DNA of 64,000 nt from Paraphysomonas bandaiensis (Eukaryota; Protista; Chrysophyceae): contig CBFFRP010000620.1 in NCBI GenBank assembly GCA_965644295.1, forward strand, positions 5,534 through 69,533. The letters run 5' to 3'. Made by a program: the position numbers and the translations under genes. Numbering within the stretch: position 1 is the first letter of the stretch; each line of letters opens with the position of its first letter. Below are positions 9,719-21,800 of this stretch, piece by piece. A model generated the notes under the pieces. The model made no database searches. It was given only the letters and a program-made list of their open reading frames with translations, and was not told the DNA's origin.

Positions 9719-12700
9719 TTACAAGAGTATATCAGGAAATCTCTTGCAAAACTCCGCATCGACCAACACCATAATAGAAGAGTCAAATGTAGTAACTCGA
9801 CCGTAGCAATGAACGTCATAGGCACTCCATTCATATGTAGACCGAAACAAAGGGCAATATAGATCAATACGCAATTTACGACGACCCGCCCACCGTACAT
9901 AGTTACACTCCACAACATAAATAGTCGTATAACAATTCGGTAAGTCTAGTGTATCATAAAAATCGGCACCCCAAGCACGCAAATCTACATAAATAGTTTG
10001 ACCAGGAGACACTCCCTCAATAGGAATACGTTTCATACGAGTACGTTCAGCTTTAGCCATGGTAGCAGTAAATAGTAACGGAAAAAGATATGGTCGTTGT
10101 TCACAGTATAATTGGAAATGTGAAGTAGAGGAAATATCTAGGGACCATGGTATCCACAACAAAGAACCATCCTCAAACTGTACTTGAAAATCCATTGTAG
10201 TACGCACTTCAGGATCTCCTCTATGAGCAACGATAGAACGCACTGTATGTTGGTTGAAATCAATTTGGGCTACACGATATGCATCATCAAGTGTTCCAAA
10301 GAACGGTTTAAGCCATGACATGTGCAATACCACTTCAAAACGCATGACAATATGAACACATGTAACATCAGCTTTATAAGTTGACACCACTTCATAAGGT
10401 CCCTTAAAACGAGGATATAACTTCGTAGGCTTGTGGCGCTTTGGATTTAATTGGAATAATACAAGTTGGCCCGGTTGATATTGGGTTAAGCTCTCAACTG
10501 GCGTCTTAGATTTACGCTTGTTTTGTATCTTACGCTGAACCTCATTTGCAATTTCACGAATCGTCTCAAGATGTTCATTAAACTTGGCAATATACTCCAT
10601 AGAGCTACTCACATTAACATTATCCGTTAATTTAAAGTATGGCATAGCAGCAGTACCAAATGTAAACTCAAATGGCGACAAACCAGTCTCACTACTAACT
10701 TCATCATTAAGAATGAACTGAATCAGTAAGTAACATTCTGGATCTCCCCATACATCCTGTAAACGTTCATCATGCACCAATGCACTTAGAAACCTTAGCG
10801 TCTCTTGATGAGTTCTCTCAACCATATTTGATTCATGTCGATCTACTAAAGACATTCGAAAACGCACACCAAACCATTTCAAAAGCAATTGTACAACCTC
10901 TGCTGTAATATTAGATCCAGGATCTGATATCATAACTTCTGATATTCCATATGTAACAAAATAACTGAACAATGCACGTGCAACTCCAACCGCTTTGTAA
11001 TCCTTAGCTGGATAAAGACCGATTAAACGAGAAGGCATCTGTTTGACAACATGTATGCAGCAATGTCCATACTTGTCCGGCGGTGAAACTGTAAGCGTAT
11101 CAAAACCTACAAATTGACGACAATGCTCTGAGTCAAGTGCTCTAATCGGCGCTTGTAATGAAGTACTCATACCCGCATTCAGTTTCTGGCATATTGGACA
11201 ACGATCAATCAAATCTTGAATAACTTCCGTAGTTATTGTATGTCCAGGAAATACTTTGGACAATTTCAACCATGTCCTCTTAGTACCATGATGCCCCATA
11301 CGACCGTTATGAACCAAATCAAACGCTTCCTTAACTGATTTAGGCCGTAAATTTTGACTCGCTAGTTCTTCCAGAGCTGCTATGATCTCTGAAGAAAATA
11401 CAGCACAACATGCTATATCATCTGATTCAGAACTCCATTCTCCTATACAATTTAATTCAATCAGTTGATCCTCCGGTAGCAAATCTGTATTCTCAAATAT
11501 AACAATTTCCCCATATATTAGACTCTCCTCAGGAAAACAGTCTATACTTATGGACAACAACATAACATGAGCCACAGCCGATTCCTGATCTTTACGAGAT
11601 AACCAATCAGCAAATCTGTTTAACTTTCCCTTGAAATGAAGCAAGTCGAAATTGAAATTCTGTATAAACATCCGCATGCGTACTATTCTGTCAACAACCG
11701 AAACTTCCATCCATTTAAGATTGGCGTGATCCGTCATGATCGTGAACTTTTTACCTCTCAAATAATACGACAAAGCATATACACAAAAGAATATTCCAAA
11801 ACACTCCTTGTCAATAGTGGACCACTTCAATGTTGGTTCCGAAAATTTCTTCGACACCATTGCAATTACTTGATAGAATTCTTGACCATTGGCGTCAATG
11901 AAAATTTGTAACAACACACCTCCACATGCATAAAACGAAGCATCTGTCATCAAGATCCATCTTAAAGAATAGTCGGGATGATACAGAGTAAGAGATTTTA
12001 AAATCGCCTCTTTAAATCTACTAAATTCCTCCCTGTAATTTACTTTCCAACAATTCTCATTCCAGTCAAAATTCTTCTTCGTCATGTCATGTAACTTATG
12101 AGTAAGGTCACTATATAACGGAATAAAAGGTTTAAAATATATTGCCGCTCCAAGAAATCTCTGCATTTGTTTCGTCTTGTTTTTCCCTTCTGGAAATTCA
12201 ATTGCAGTTACTGATAATTTTCGGGCCTCAGTTAATTGGTAAGTGTTGTCCTTACAAAGATAGCCGAAAAATTCCACTGATGAATAGCCAAATTTGCTTT
12301 TCGACAATTTCAACACGACGTTATAATAAGTACATTTTTTAATAACTTTCTTGAACTTCTCAATAGCATCCTGATAGTCATGCGCTAACACCAGTAAGTT
12401 GTCAAATATCACTACCATCCACTCTGAGAATTCATTGAAAATATCAGACACTACATGCATCAAAACTCCACTTGCCGGAGAAACTCCCTCTGGCATAAAC
12501 TTTGGTTCGAACTGACCCCATGGAGTTTGAACTGACAACAGTGCTGAAACTGATTCATGAAGTCTAATCCCATGGAAAGCATTACATATATCCAAATCAA
12601 TGAACACCTTATACCCAGCTGCTTTATGTAATTCTTTTATAACATCTGGTATGGGATAATGCGGACTTTCAATCTCTAAATTAACACGCCTGTAATCACC

Positions 12701-13681
12701 ACATATTCGAATAAAAGGTTTCGTAGCCTTGGGTGCTACTACAATTGGAGATGCATAAGGACTCGTACTGGGACGATAAAAGTATCCGCACATCCTATTG
12801 AACTCCTCCTTCGTACGTTCATATAACATAGGTGGTATCCTTCTCATATTCTTGGGTTTAATTCTATCAGGAATAGTACTTTTCACCTTTAATTTTAACT
12901 CAGGAACATGCTGAATTCCAGTCCACTCTCTAGGAACAAAAACATCAACTGCATCCTCTCTCAAAACTCTCAATATATCAGTTTGTTGAGCGAAATCAGG
13001 ATGTACTTTTGATTCTAGTTCACTAAAATATTTCTCCCTAGCCTCATCCACTGACTGTTCCAAAAAAGTCACTAAACTTCCAAAACTACATGGTTCAGGG
13101 ATCATATCATCTTCCTCTGACTGTTCTGGAATTGGATTCTCCCATGGATTACAGACTGGTCCTGACGACATATATCTCCTAAGTTCGTCAATGTCATCCC
13201 CAATATTGGCAAGAACTTCTATTTCACTTAAATTAACAGATTGTTCAACACTCAGTGATGCTTTCTTAATCATATTCATAAATAGTTCGGAAAAATGCTC
13301 ACAGATTGCCGGTAATCCTATAATAATGTCCTTTGCCAAACCGTCCAAAACATACAGTGAAAGTTGTGCTTTGTAGGTCTTACCATCATCTTCAAAAGCA
13401 ATTGTAACAGGAATATACCCTTGTAGTTCAATCTGATGTCCGTCTGCTACTTTGACCCTCAATTTTTTATGTACCATATCCTTTAACAATTTGTCCCCAC
13501 ACTTCTTAACAAAATTTGATGAAATAAAATTATCCGAAGATGATCCGGAATCAAATAAAACCATTTCCACATTAATCTTATCACCACAGTTATTTATTAT
13601 CATTCCTTGCCTATGTACAGCATTACGAAATCTGCTGGAAGTATCATTGTAATTTCGCATAGCTGCTATCACTGATTGTGC
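9719..13681 (-). CDS. pol: Pol: protease, reverse transcriptase, RNase H, integrase, chromodomain, C-terminal extension
   Basis: LFDSGSS; YASPIVV/ICGDYRRVN/DLDICNAF/IFDNLL; TDASFY...TDHANL...ADWLSR; HNGRMGH...CPIC; GFDTL/SDPGS/VERTH; FKGPYEV; VRSIVAHRG...FQVQFEDG...WIPW. Frame is open from the codon after the gag stop. Confidence 0.96.
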   Translation of the reverse strand, partial: AQSVIAAMRNYNDTSSRFRNAVHRQGMIINNCGDKINVEMVLFDSGSSSDNFISSNFVKKCGDKLLKDMVHKKLRVKVADGHQIELQGYIPVTIAFEDDGKTYKAQLSLYVLDGLAKDIIIGLPAICEHFSELFMNMIKKASLSVEQSVNLSEIEVLANIGDDIDELRRYMSSGPVCNPWENPIPEQSEEDDMIPEPCSFGSLVTFLEQSVDEAREKYFSELESKVHPDFAQQTDILRVLREDAVDVFVPREWTGIQHVPELKLKVKSTIPDRIKPKNMRRIPPMLYERTKEEFNRMCGYFYRPSTSPYASPIVVAPKATKPFIRICGDYRRVNLEIESPHYPIPDVIKELHKAAGYKVFIDLDICNAFHGIRLHESVSALLSVQTPWGQFEPKFMPEGVSPASGVLMHVVSDIFNEFSEWMVVIFDNLLVLAHDYQDAIEKFKKVIKKCTYYNVVLKLSKSKFGYSSVEFFGYLCKDNTYQLTEARKLSVTAIEFPEGKNKTKQMQRFLGAAIYFKPFIPLYSDLTHKLHDMTKKNFDWNENCWKVNYREEFSRFKEAILKSLTLYHPDYSLRWILMTDASFYACGGVLLQIFIDANGQEFYQVIAMVSKKFSEPTLKWSTIDKECFGIFFCVYALSYYLRGKKFTIMTDHANLKWMEVSVVDRIVRMRMFIQNFNFDLLHFKGKLNRFADWLSRKDQESAVAHVMLLSISIDCFPEESLIYGEIVIFENTDLLPEDQLIELNCIGEWSSESDDIACCAVFSSEIIAALEELASQNLRPKSVKEAFDLVHNGRMGHHGTKRTWLKLSKVFPGHTITTEVIQDLIDRCPICQKLNAGMSTSLQAPIRALDSEHCRQFVGFDTLTVSPPDKYGHCCIHVVKQMPSRLIGLYPAKDYKAVGVARALFSYFVTYGISEVMISDPGSNITAEVVQLLLKWFGVRFRMSLVDRHESNMVERTHQETLRFLSALVHDERLQDVWGDPECYLLIQFILNDEVSSETGLSPFEFTFGTAAMPYFKLTDNVNVSSSMEYIAKFNEHLETIREIANEVQRKIQNKRKSKTPVESLTQYQPGQLVLFQLNPKRHKPTKLYPRFKGPYEVVSTYKADVTCVHIVMRFEVVLHMSWLKPFFGTLDDAYRVAQIDFNQHTVRSIVAHRGDPEVRTTMDFQVQFEDGSLLWIPWSLDISSTSHFQLYCEQRPYLFPLLFTATMAKAERTRMKRIPIEGVSPGQTIYVDLRAWGADFYDTLDLPNCYTTIYVVECNYVRWAGRRKLRIDLYCPLFRSTYEWSAYDVHCYGRVTTFDSSIMVLVDAEFCKRFPDILL

Positions 13682-15304
13682 TCAAAGGTCATCCAAAGGA
13701 TTGTCATCTCCTTGTTGATCCTCTTCAACATCAAGTTGATCTCTGGTAAGGATACGTACATCTCCAGGACGCTTAACATCACCTGGATTCCTTTTTAATT
13801 GCCCTGGGTTACCACCAAAACGGCGTTGAGGAGGCGTTGTTAGACTTGGCCTTGGCATTACCACCATACCCATTTTCGTGTTCATGACTTTCAAAGCATC
13901 AATGAGAATAGCCTTATCATGAGAAAATTTACATGATTTGTCTTTGCAACCTCCCTCTTGCATCATTTCTCTAAAACATGGAGCAGATTTCTGTGCTTCA
14001 ACAGTTGCCAGCAAATCCTCTTCATGTTTTAGTACGCATAACTCATCATCAATAATTTCCTCCTCGTCACAATACTCATTTACGTCATCAACATGTTTGA
14101 GTTCCTTAACTTTCTTATTATCCTTATCACTCGAAAACTTAAATCGACTCTTAAACTGATTATACTTCTCATGTAATTCTCGAGTAATTTTCCAGATTTT
14201 AAAAAACTCAGACAAAAACAGTTGCACAGAAGTAAAGTTTTCTGTCCTCAAAAGTCTTCTGAAAGTATCACGCATGCAATAAGGAATCAAACTAAACCAT
14301 TCAGCTAAAGAACCACCTCTCTTAGTTGTAATCAGAGGAATACTATCTCTCAGGTCATTCTGCTTGGCTGCTTCCTCTAGAAACTCATACCTCTGTAAGA
14401 ACTTAGTTTCCAGAATACAAAGATCCTCGTCAACCTTACGAAAATTCTCCAACTTTTCCATTGAGACTTTATACGACTCACATGACGAAGCTAACATTTT
14501 GTTGAATTGCATCACATCAAATGGCCTAAAATGACGTCTTGCTGCCGCAATAAGATCCGTAATACTGGCATCATTACATTCAATCTGACTAGGATACACA
14601 TTGGGTTTAATTTCCTTAAGAGTATGCCTAATCAACTCCTTAGCCCTTCCATCCAACAACGCATAAACTGATGGTATAGGTCTATTACGATTCATTTTCT
14701 CAAACTCCGCAATTTTCTCCAAAAACACCAAGAAACCATCAAGAGTAATTACTGACAGCTTTATACCATACTTCTTTGGATCCTTTTCTGCTGCTACTGT
14801 AACCTCACTTGAGCCGTTTCTCTCAATTTCCTGTAAAGCTTCTTGCAATGTAAGACGCTGATGTGTACCCACTGGCCGCTCATCTTCTGATTTAAGAGCC
14901 AATGTCGCATTCATAACACCTTCACGCACAGCATTCTCAATACGTGTCTGCAACAAATCAGGGTCTATATACTGCTGCTCACGCTGTTCAATTGCTGTAA
15001 CTACAGGCTCTAGTCCAACAACTTCATTACCATTTGATTTCGACTCCTCGAATGGTATTTCTGAGAACTGATCAGCTTGTACGATTTCTGAATTTGCTCT
15101 CGATGACCTTCCAGACCTCCTCTGTCGAAGCTCCTCGAGACTCTGTTGAACATACTGATTGAACACCTGTTGCTCGTGATAACGTTGCTCATTACGTTGT
15201 TCACGCTGCTCATTACGTTGTTCAATATTATCCAAACGCTGAAACAGTTGCTGGATATACAGTGGAATCTGCTCCTCCTCGGCTCCATCATCTGTTCCCT
15301 CCAT
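13682..15304 (-). CDS. gag: Gag-like protein with N-terminal coiled coil and C-terminal CCCH finger
   Basis: First ATG at 15304; lies between the 5' LTR and pol; C-x9-C-x4-C-x3-H at 13919-13978. Confidence 0.88.
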   Translation of the reverse strand: MEGTDDGAEEEQIPLYIQQLFQRLDNIEQRNEQREQRNEQRYHEQQVFNQYVQQSLEELRQRRSGRSSRANSEIVQADQFSEIPFEESKSNGNEVVGLEPVVTAIEQREQQYIDPDLLQTRIENAVREGVMNATLALKSEDERPVGTHQRLTLQEALQEIERNGSSEVTVAAEKDPKKYGIKLSVITLDGFLVFLEKIAEFEKMNRNRPIPSVYALLDGRAKELIRHTLKEIKPNVYPSQIECNDASITDLIAAARRHFRPFDVMQFNKMLASSCESYKVSMEKLENFRKVDEDLCILETKFLQRYEFLEEAAKQNDLRDSIPLITTKRGGSLAEWFSLIPYCMRDTFRRLLRTENFTSVQLFLSEFFKIWKITRELHEKYNQFKSRFKFSSDKDNKKVKELKHVDDVNEYCDEEEIIDDELCVLKHEEDLLATVEAQKSAPCFREMMQEGGCKDKSCKFSHDKAILIDALKVMNTKMGMVVMPRPSLTTPPQRRFGGNPGQLKRNPGDVKRPGDVRILTRDQLDVEEDQQGDDNPLDDL

Positions 15305-15372
15305 AACACTCAAAATGAATTAAACTCAACAATATCCAATGTTTACTGTTCTTCTACTCAGAGTAATATTAC

Positions 15373-15828
15373 TGTGATGTTTCTGAGAACTAGAAACACG
15401 TGAAAGACAAAAAGCTCTCTCTAAAAACGTTTTAACAGATTTAGAGTGTACGCCAGCGGGCTGCTACACTGTTAAGTCTACCAGCGGGTAGAACTCCTCC
15501 ACACAAACGCAAACCGCGAATGAGCTTAATTGAATCGTTATTAAAACGTTATATAGAAAAGAATGAGTAACACAGCTATACATCTCTACAGTGTAACACA
15601 CACATACACATACATCATGTTCAGCATTTCACTTCAACACACAACACACCCGATTAGAAGTATTTTATCCGGTATGTATGTACAGCTTCAACACTCTGAG
15701 AGTAGAAACTGAAAATAAAACTGAAAACTGAAAATACTAAAACACTCTGTACGTGTTAGAGAGTACAACAGAAGAGTAACATATCATACTACTAATAACG
15801 CAGTATAAGTAACCAGTACTGCGTGACA
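15373..15828 (-). repeat. 5' LTR (456 bp)
   Basis: Partner of 9033-9487; TATA-like TCTATATAAC followed by Inr-like TCATTC on the minus strand. Confidence 0.97.
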
Positions 15829-18800
15829 CACACTCATGATACTGTAAGACTGATGACACACTCATGATACTGTAAGACTGATGACACACTCATGATGCTG
15901 ATGTTCTGATGACACACTCATGATGCTGATGTTCTGATGACACACTCATGATACTGTAAGACTGATGACACACTCATGATGCTGTAAGACTGATGACACA
16001 CTCATGATGCTGATGTTCTGATGACACACTCATGATGCTGATGTTCTGATGACACACTCATGATACTGTAAGACTGATGACACACTCATGATGCTGTAAG
16101 ACTGATGACACACTCATGATGCTGATGTTCTGATGACACACTCATGATACTGTAAGACTGATGACACACTCATGATACTGTAAGACTGATGACACACTCA
16201 TGATGCTGTAAGACTGATGACACACTCATGATGCTGATGTTCTGATGACACACTCATGATACTGTAAGACTGATGACACACTCATGATGCTGTAAGACTG
16301 ATGACACACTCATGATGCTGATGTTCTGATGACACACTCATGATACTGTAAGACTGATGACACACTCATGATACTGTAAGACTGATGACACACTCATGAT
16401 GCTGATGTTCTGATGACACACTCATGATACTGTAAGACTGATGACACACTCATGATGCTGATGTTCTGATGACACACTCATGATACTGTAAGACTGATGA
16501 CACACTCATGATACTGTAAGACTGATGACACACTCATGATGCTGTAAGACTGATGACACACTCATGATGCTGATGTTCTGATGACACACTCATGATGCTG
16601 TAAGACTGATGACACACTCATGATGCTGTAAGACTGATGACACATTCATGATGCTGTAAGACTGATGACACACTCATGATGCTGATGTTCTGATGACACA
16701 CTCATAATGCTGATGATCTAATGACACACTCATGATACTGTAAGACTGATGACACACTCATGATACTGTAAGACTGATGACACACTCATTATGCTGATGT
16801 TCTGATGACACACTCATGATACTGTAAGACTGATGACACACTCATGATACTGTAAGACTGATGACACACTCATGATGCTGTAAGACTGATGACACACTCA
16901 TGATGCTGATGTTCTGATGACACACTCATGATGCTGTAAGACTGATGACACACTCATGATGCTGTAAGACTGATGACACATTCATGATGCTGTAAGACTG
17001 ATGACACACTCATGATGCTGATGTTCTGATGACACACTCATAATGCTGATGATCTAATGACACACTCATGATACTGTAAGACTGATGACACACTCATGAT
17101 ACTGTAAGACTGATGACACACTCATTATGCTGATGTTCTGATGACACACTCATGATGCTGATGTTCTGATGACACACTCATGATACTGTAAGACTGATGA
17201 CACACTCATGATGCTGTAAGACTGATGACACACTCATGATGCTGATGTTCTGATGACACACTCATGATGCTGATGTTCTGATGACACACTCATGATACTG
17301 TAAGACTGATGACACACTCATGATACTGTAAGACTGATGACACACTCATGATGCTGATGTTCTGATGACACACTCATGATACTGTAAGACTGATGACACA
17401 CTCATGATGCTGATGTTCTGATGACACACTCATGATACTGTAAGACTGATGACACACTCATGATGCTGTAAGACTGATGACACACTCATGATGCTGATGT
17501 TCTGATGACACACTCATAATGCTGATGATCTAATGACACACTCATGATACTGTAAGACTGATGACACACTCATGATGCTGTAAGACTGATGACACACTCA
17601 TGATGCTGATGTTCTGATGACACACTCATGATGCTGATGTTCTGATGACACACTCATGATACTACTGTAAGACTGATGACACACTCATGATGCTGATGTT
17701 CTGATGACACACTCATGATACTGTAAGACTGATGACACACTCATGATGCTGTAAGACTGATGACACACTCATGATGCTGATGTTCTGATGACACACTCAT
17801 GATGCTGATGTTCTGATGACACACTCATGATACTGTAAGACTGATGACACACTCATGATACTGTAAGACTGATGACACACTCATGATGCTGTAAGACTGA
17901 TGACACACTCATGATGCTGATGTTCTGATGACACACTCATGATGCTGTAAGACTGATGACACACTCATGATACTGTAAGACTGATGACACACTCATGATG
18001 CTGTAAGACTGATGACACACTCATGATGCTGATGTTCTGATGACACACTCATAATGCTGATGATCTAATGACACACTCATGATACTGTAAGACTGATGAC
18101 ACACTCATGATACTGTAAGACTGATGACACACTCATTATGCTGATGTTCTGATGACACACTCATGATGCTGATGTTCTGATGACACACTCATGATACTGT
18201 AAGACTGATGACACACTCATGATACTGTAAGACTGATGACACACTCATGATGCTGATGTTCTGATGACACACTCATGATGCTGATGTTCTGATGACACAC
18301 TCATGATACTGTAAGACTGATGACACACTCATGATGCTGTAAGACTGATGACACACTCATGATACTGTAAGACTGATGACACACTCATGATGCTGATGTT
18401 CTGATGACACACTCATGCTACTGTAAGACTGATGACACACTCATGATGCTGATGTTCTGATCACACACTCATGATACTGTAAGACTGATGACACACTCAT
18501 GATGCTGATGTTCTGATGACACACTCCTGATGCTGATGTTCTGATGACACACTCATGATACTGTAAGACTGATGACACACTCATGATGCTGATGCTCTGA
18601 TGACACACTCATGATACTGTAAGACTGATGACACACTCATGATGCTGATGTTCTGATGACACACTCATGATACTGTAAGACTGATGACACACTCATGATG
18701 CTGATGTTCTGATGACACACTCATGATACTGTAAGACTGATGACACACTCATGATGCTGATGCTCTGATGACACACTCATGATACTGTAAGACTGATGAC

Positions 18801-21800
18801 ACACTCATGATGCTGATGTTCTGATGACACACTCATGATACTGTAAGACTGATGACACACTCATGATGCTGTAAGACTGATGACACACTCATGATGCTGA
18901 TGTTCTGATGACACACTCATGATACTGTAAGACTGATGACACACTCATGATACTGTAAGACTGATGACACACTCATGATGCTGATGTTCTGATGACACAC
19001 TCATGCTACTGTAAGACTGATGACACACTCATGATGCTGATGCTCTGATGACACACTCATGATGCTGATGTTCTGATGACACACTCATGATACTGTAAGA
19101 CTGATGACACACTCATGATGCTGATGTTCTGATGACACACTCATGATGCTGTAAGACTGATGACACACTCATGATGCTGTAAGACTGATGACACACTCAT
19201 GATACTGTAAGACTGATGACACACTCATGATACTGTAAGACTGATGACACACTCATGATGCTGATGTTCTGATGACACACTCATGATACTGTAAGACTGA
19301 TGACACACTCATGATGCTGATGTTCTGATGACACACTCATGATACTGTAAGACTGATGACACACTCATGATACTGTAAGACTGATGACACACTCATGATG
19401 CTGATGTTCTGATGACACACTCATGATACTGTAAGACTGATGACACACTCATGATGCTGATGTTCTGATGACACACTCCTGATGCTGATGCTGTAAGACT
19501 GATGACACACTCATGATGCTGATGTTCTGATGACACACTCATGATGCTGATGTTCTGATGACACACTCATGATACTGTAAGACTGATGACACACTCATGA
19601 TGCTGTAAGACTGATGACACACTCATGATGCTGATGTTCTGATGACACACTCATGATACTGTAAGACTGATGACACACTCATGATGCTGTAAGACTGATG
19701 ACACACTCATGATGCTGATGTTCTGATGACACACTCATGATACTGTAAGACTGATGACACACTCATGATGCTGATGTTCTGATGACACACTCATGATACT
19801 GTAAGACTGATGACACACTCATGATGCTGATGTTCTGATGACACACTCCTGATGCTGATGCTGTAAGACTGATGACACACTCATGATGCTGATGCTCTGA
19901 TGACACACTCATGATGCTGATGTTCTGATGACACACTCATGATACTGTAAGACCGATGACACACTCATGATGCTGATGTTCTGATGACACACTCATGATG
20001 CTGTAAGACTGATGACACACTCATGATGCTGTAAGACTGATGACACACTCATGATACTGTAAGACTGATGACACACTCATGATACTGTAAGACTGATGAC
20101 ACACTCATGATGCTGATGTTCTGATGACACACTCATGATACTGTAAGACTGATGACACACTCATGATGCTGATGTTCGGATGACACACTCATGATACTGT
20201 AAGACTGATGACACACTCATGATACTGTAAGACTGATGACACACTCATGATGCTGATGTTCTGATGACACACTCATGATACTGTAAGACTGATGACACAC
20301 TCATGATGCTGATGTTCTGATGACACACTCCTGATGCTGATGCTGTAAGACTGATGACACACTCATGATGCTGATGTTCTGATGACACACTCATGATGCT
20401 GATGTTCTGATGACACACTCATGATACTGTAAGACTGATGACACACTCATGATGCTGTAAGACTGATGACACACTCATGATGCTGATGTTCTGATGACAC
20501 ACTCATGATGCTGTAAGACTGATGACACACTCATGATACTGTAAGACTGATGACACACTCATGATGCTGATGTTCTGATGACACACTCATGATACTGTAA
20601 GACTGATGACACACTCATGATGCTGATGTTCTGATGACACACTCATGATACTGTAAGACTGATGACACACTCATGATGCTGATGTTCTGATGACACACTC
20701 ATGATGCTGATGTTCTGATGACACACTCATGATGCTGATGTTCTGATCACACACTCATGATACTGTAAGACTGATGACACACTCATGATGCTGTAAGACT
20801 GATGACACACTCATGATGCTGATGTTCTGATGACACACTCATGATACTGTAAGACTGATGACACACTCATGATACTGTAAGACTGATGACACACTCATGA
20901 TGCTGATGTTCTGATGACACACTCATGATACTGTAAGACTGATGACACACTCATGATGCTGTAAGACTGATGACACACTCATGATGCTGATGTTCTGATG
21001 ACACACTCATGATACTGTAAGACTGATGACACACTCATGATGCTGTAAGACTGATGACACACTCATGATGCTGATGTTCTGATGACACACTCATGATGCT
21101 GTAAGACTGATGACACACTCATGATACTGTAAGACTGATGACACACTCATGATGCTGATGTTCTGATGACACACTCATGATACTGTAAGACTGATGACAC
21201 ACTCATGATGCTGATGTTCTGATGACACACTCATGATGCTGATGTTCTGATCACACACTCATGATACTGTAAGACTGATGACACACTCATGATGCTGTAA
21301 GACTGATGACACACTCATGATGCTGATGTTCTGATGACACACTCATGATACTGTAAGACTGATGACACACTCATGATGCTGATGTTCTGATGACACACTC
21401 ATGATGCTGATGTTCTGATCACACACTCATGATACTGTAAGACTGATGACACACTCATGATGCTGTAAGACTGATGACACACTCATGATGCTGATGTTCT
21501 GATGACACACTCATGATACTGTAAGACTGATGACACACTCATGATACTGTAAGACTGATGACACACTCATGATGCTGATGTTCTGATGACACACTCATGA
21601 TACTGTAAGACTGATGACACACTCATGATGCTGTAAGACTGATGACACACTCATGATGCTGATGTTCTGATGACACACTCATGATACTGTAAGACTGATG
21701 ACACACTCATGATACTGTAAGACTGATGACACACTCATGATGCTGATGTTCTGATGACACACTCATGCTACTGTAAGGTAAGACTGATGACACACTCATG

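Larger units (their letters stand above)
9033..15828 (-). mobile_element. full-length Ty3/gypsy LTR retrotransposon (chromovirus type)
   Basis: Two ~455-bp TG...CA LTRs, a PPT, gag, and pol in PR-RT-RH-IN-chromodomain order. Confidence 0.97.
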
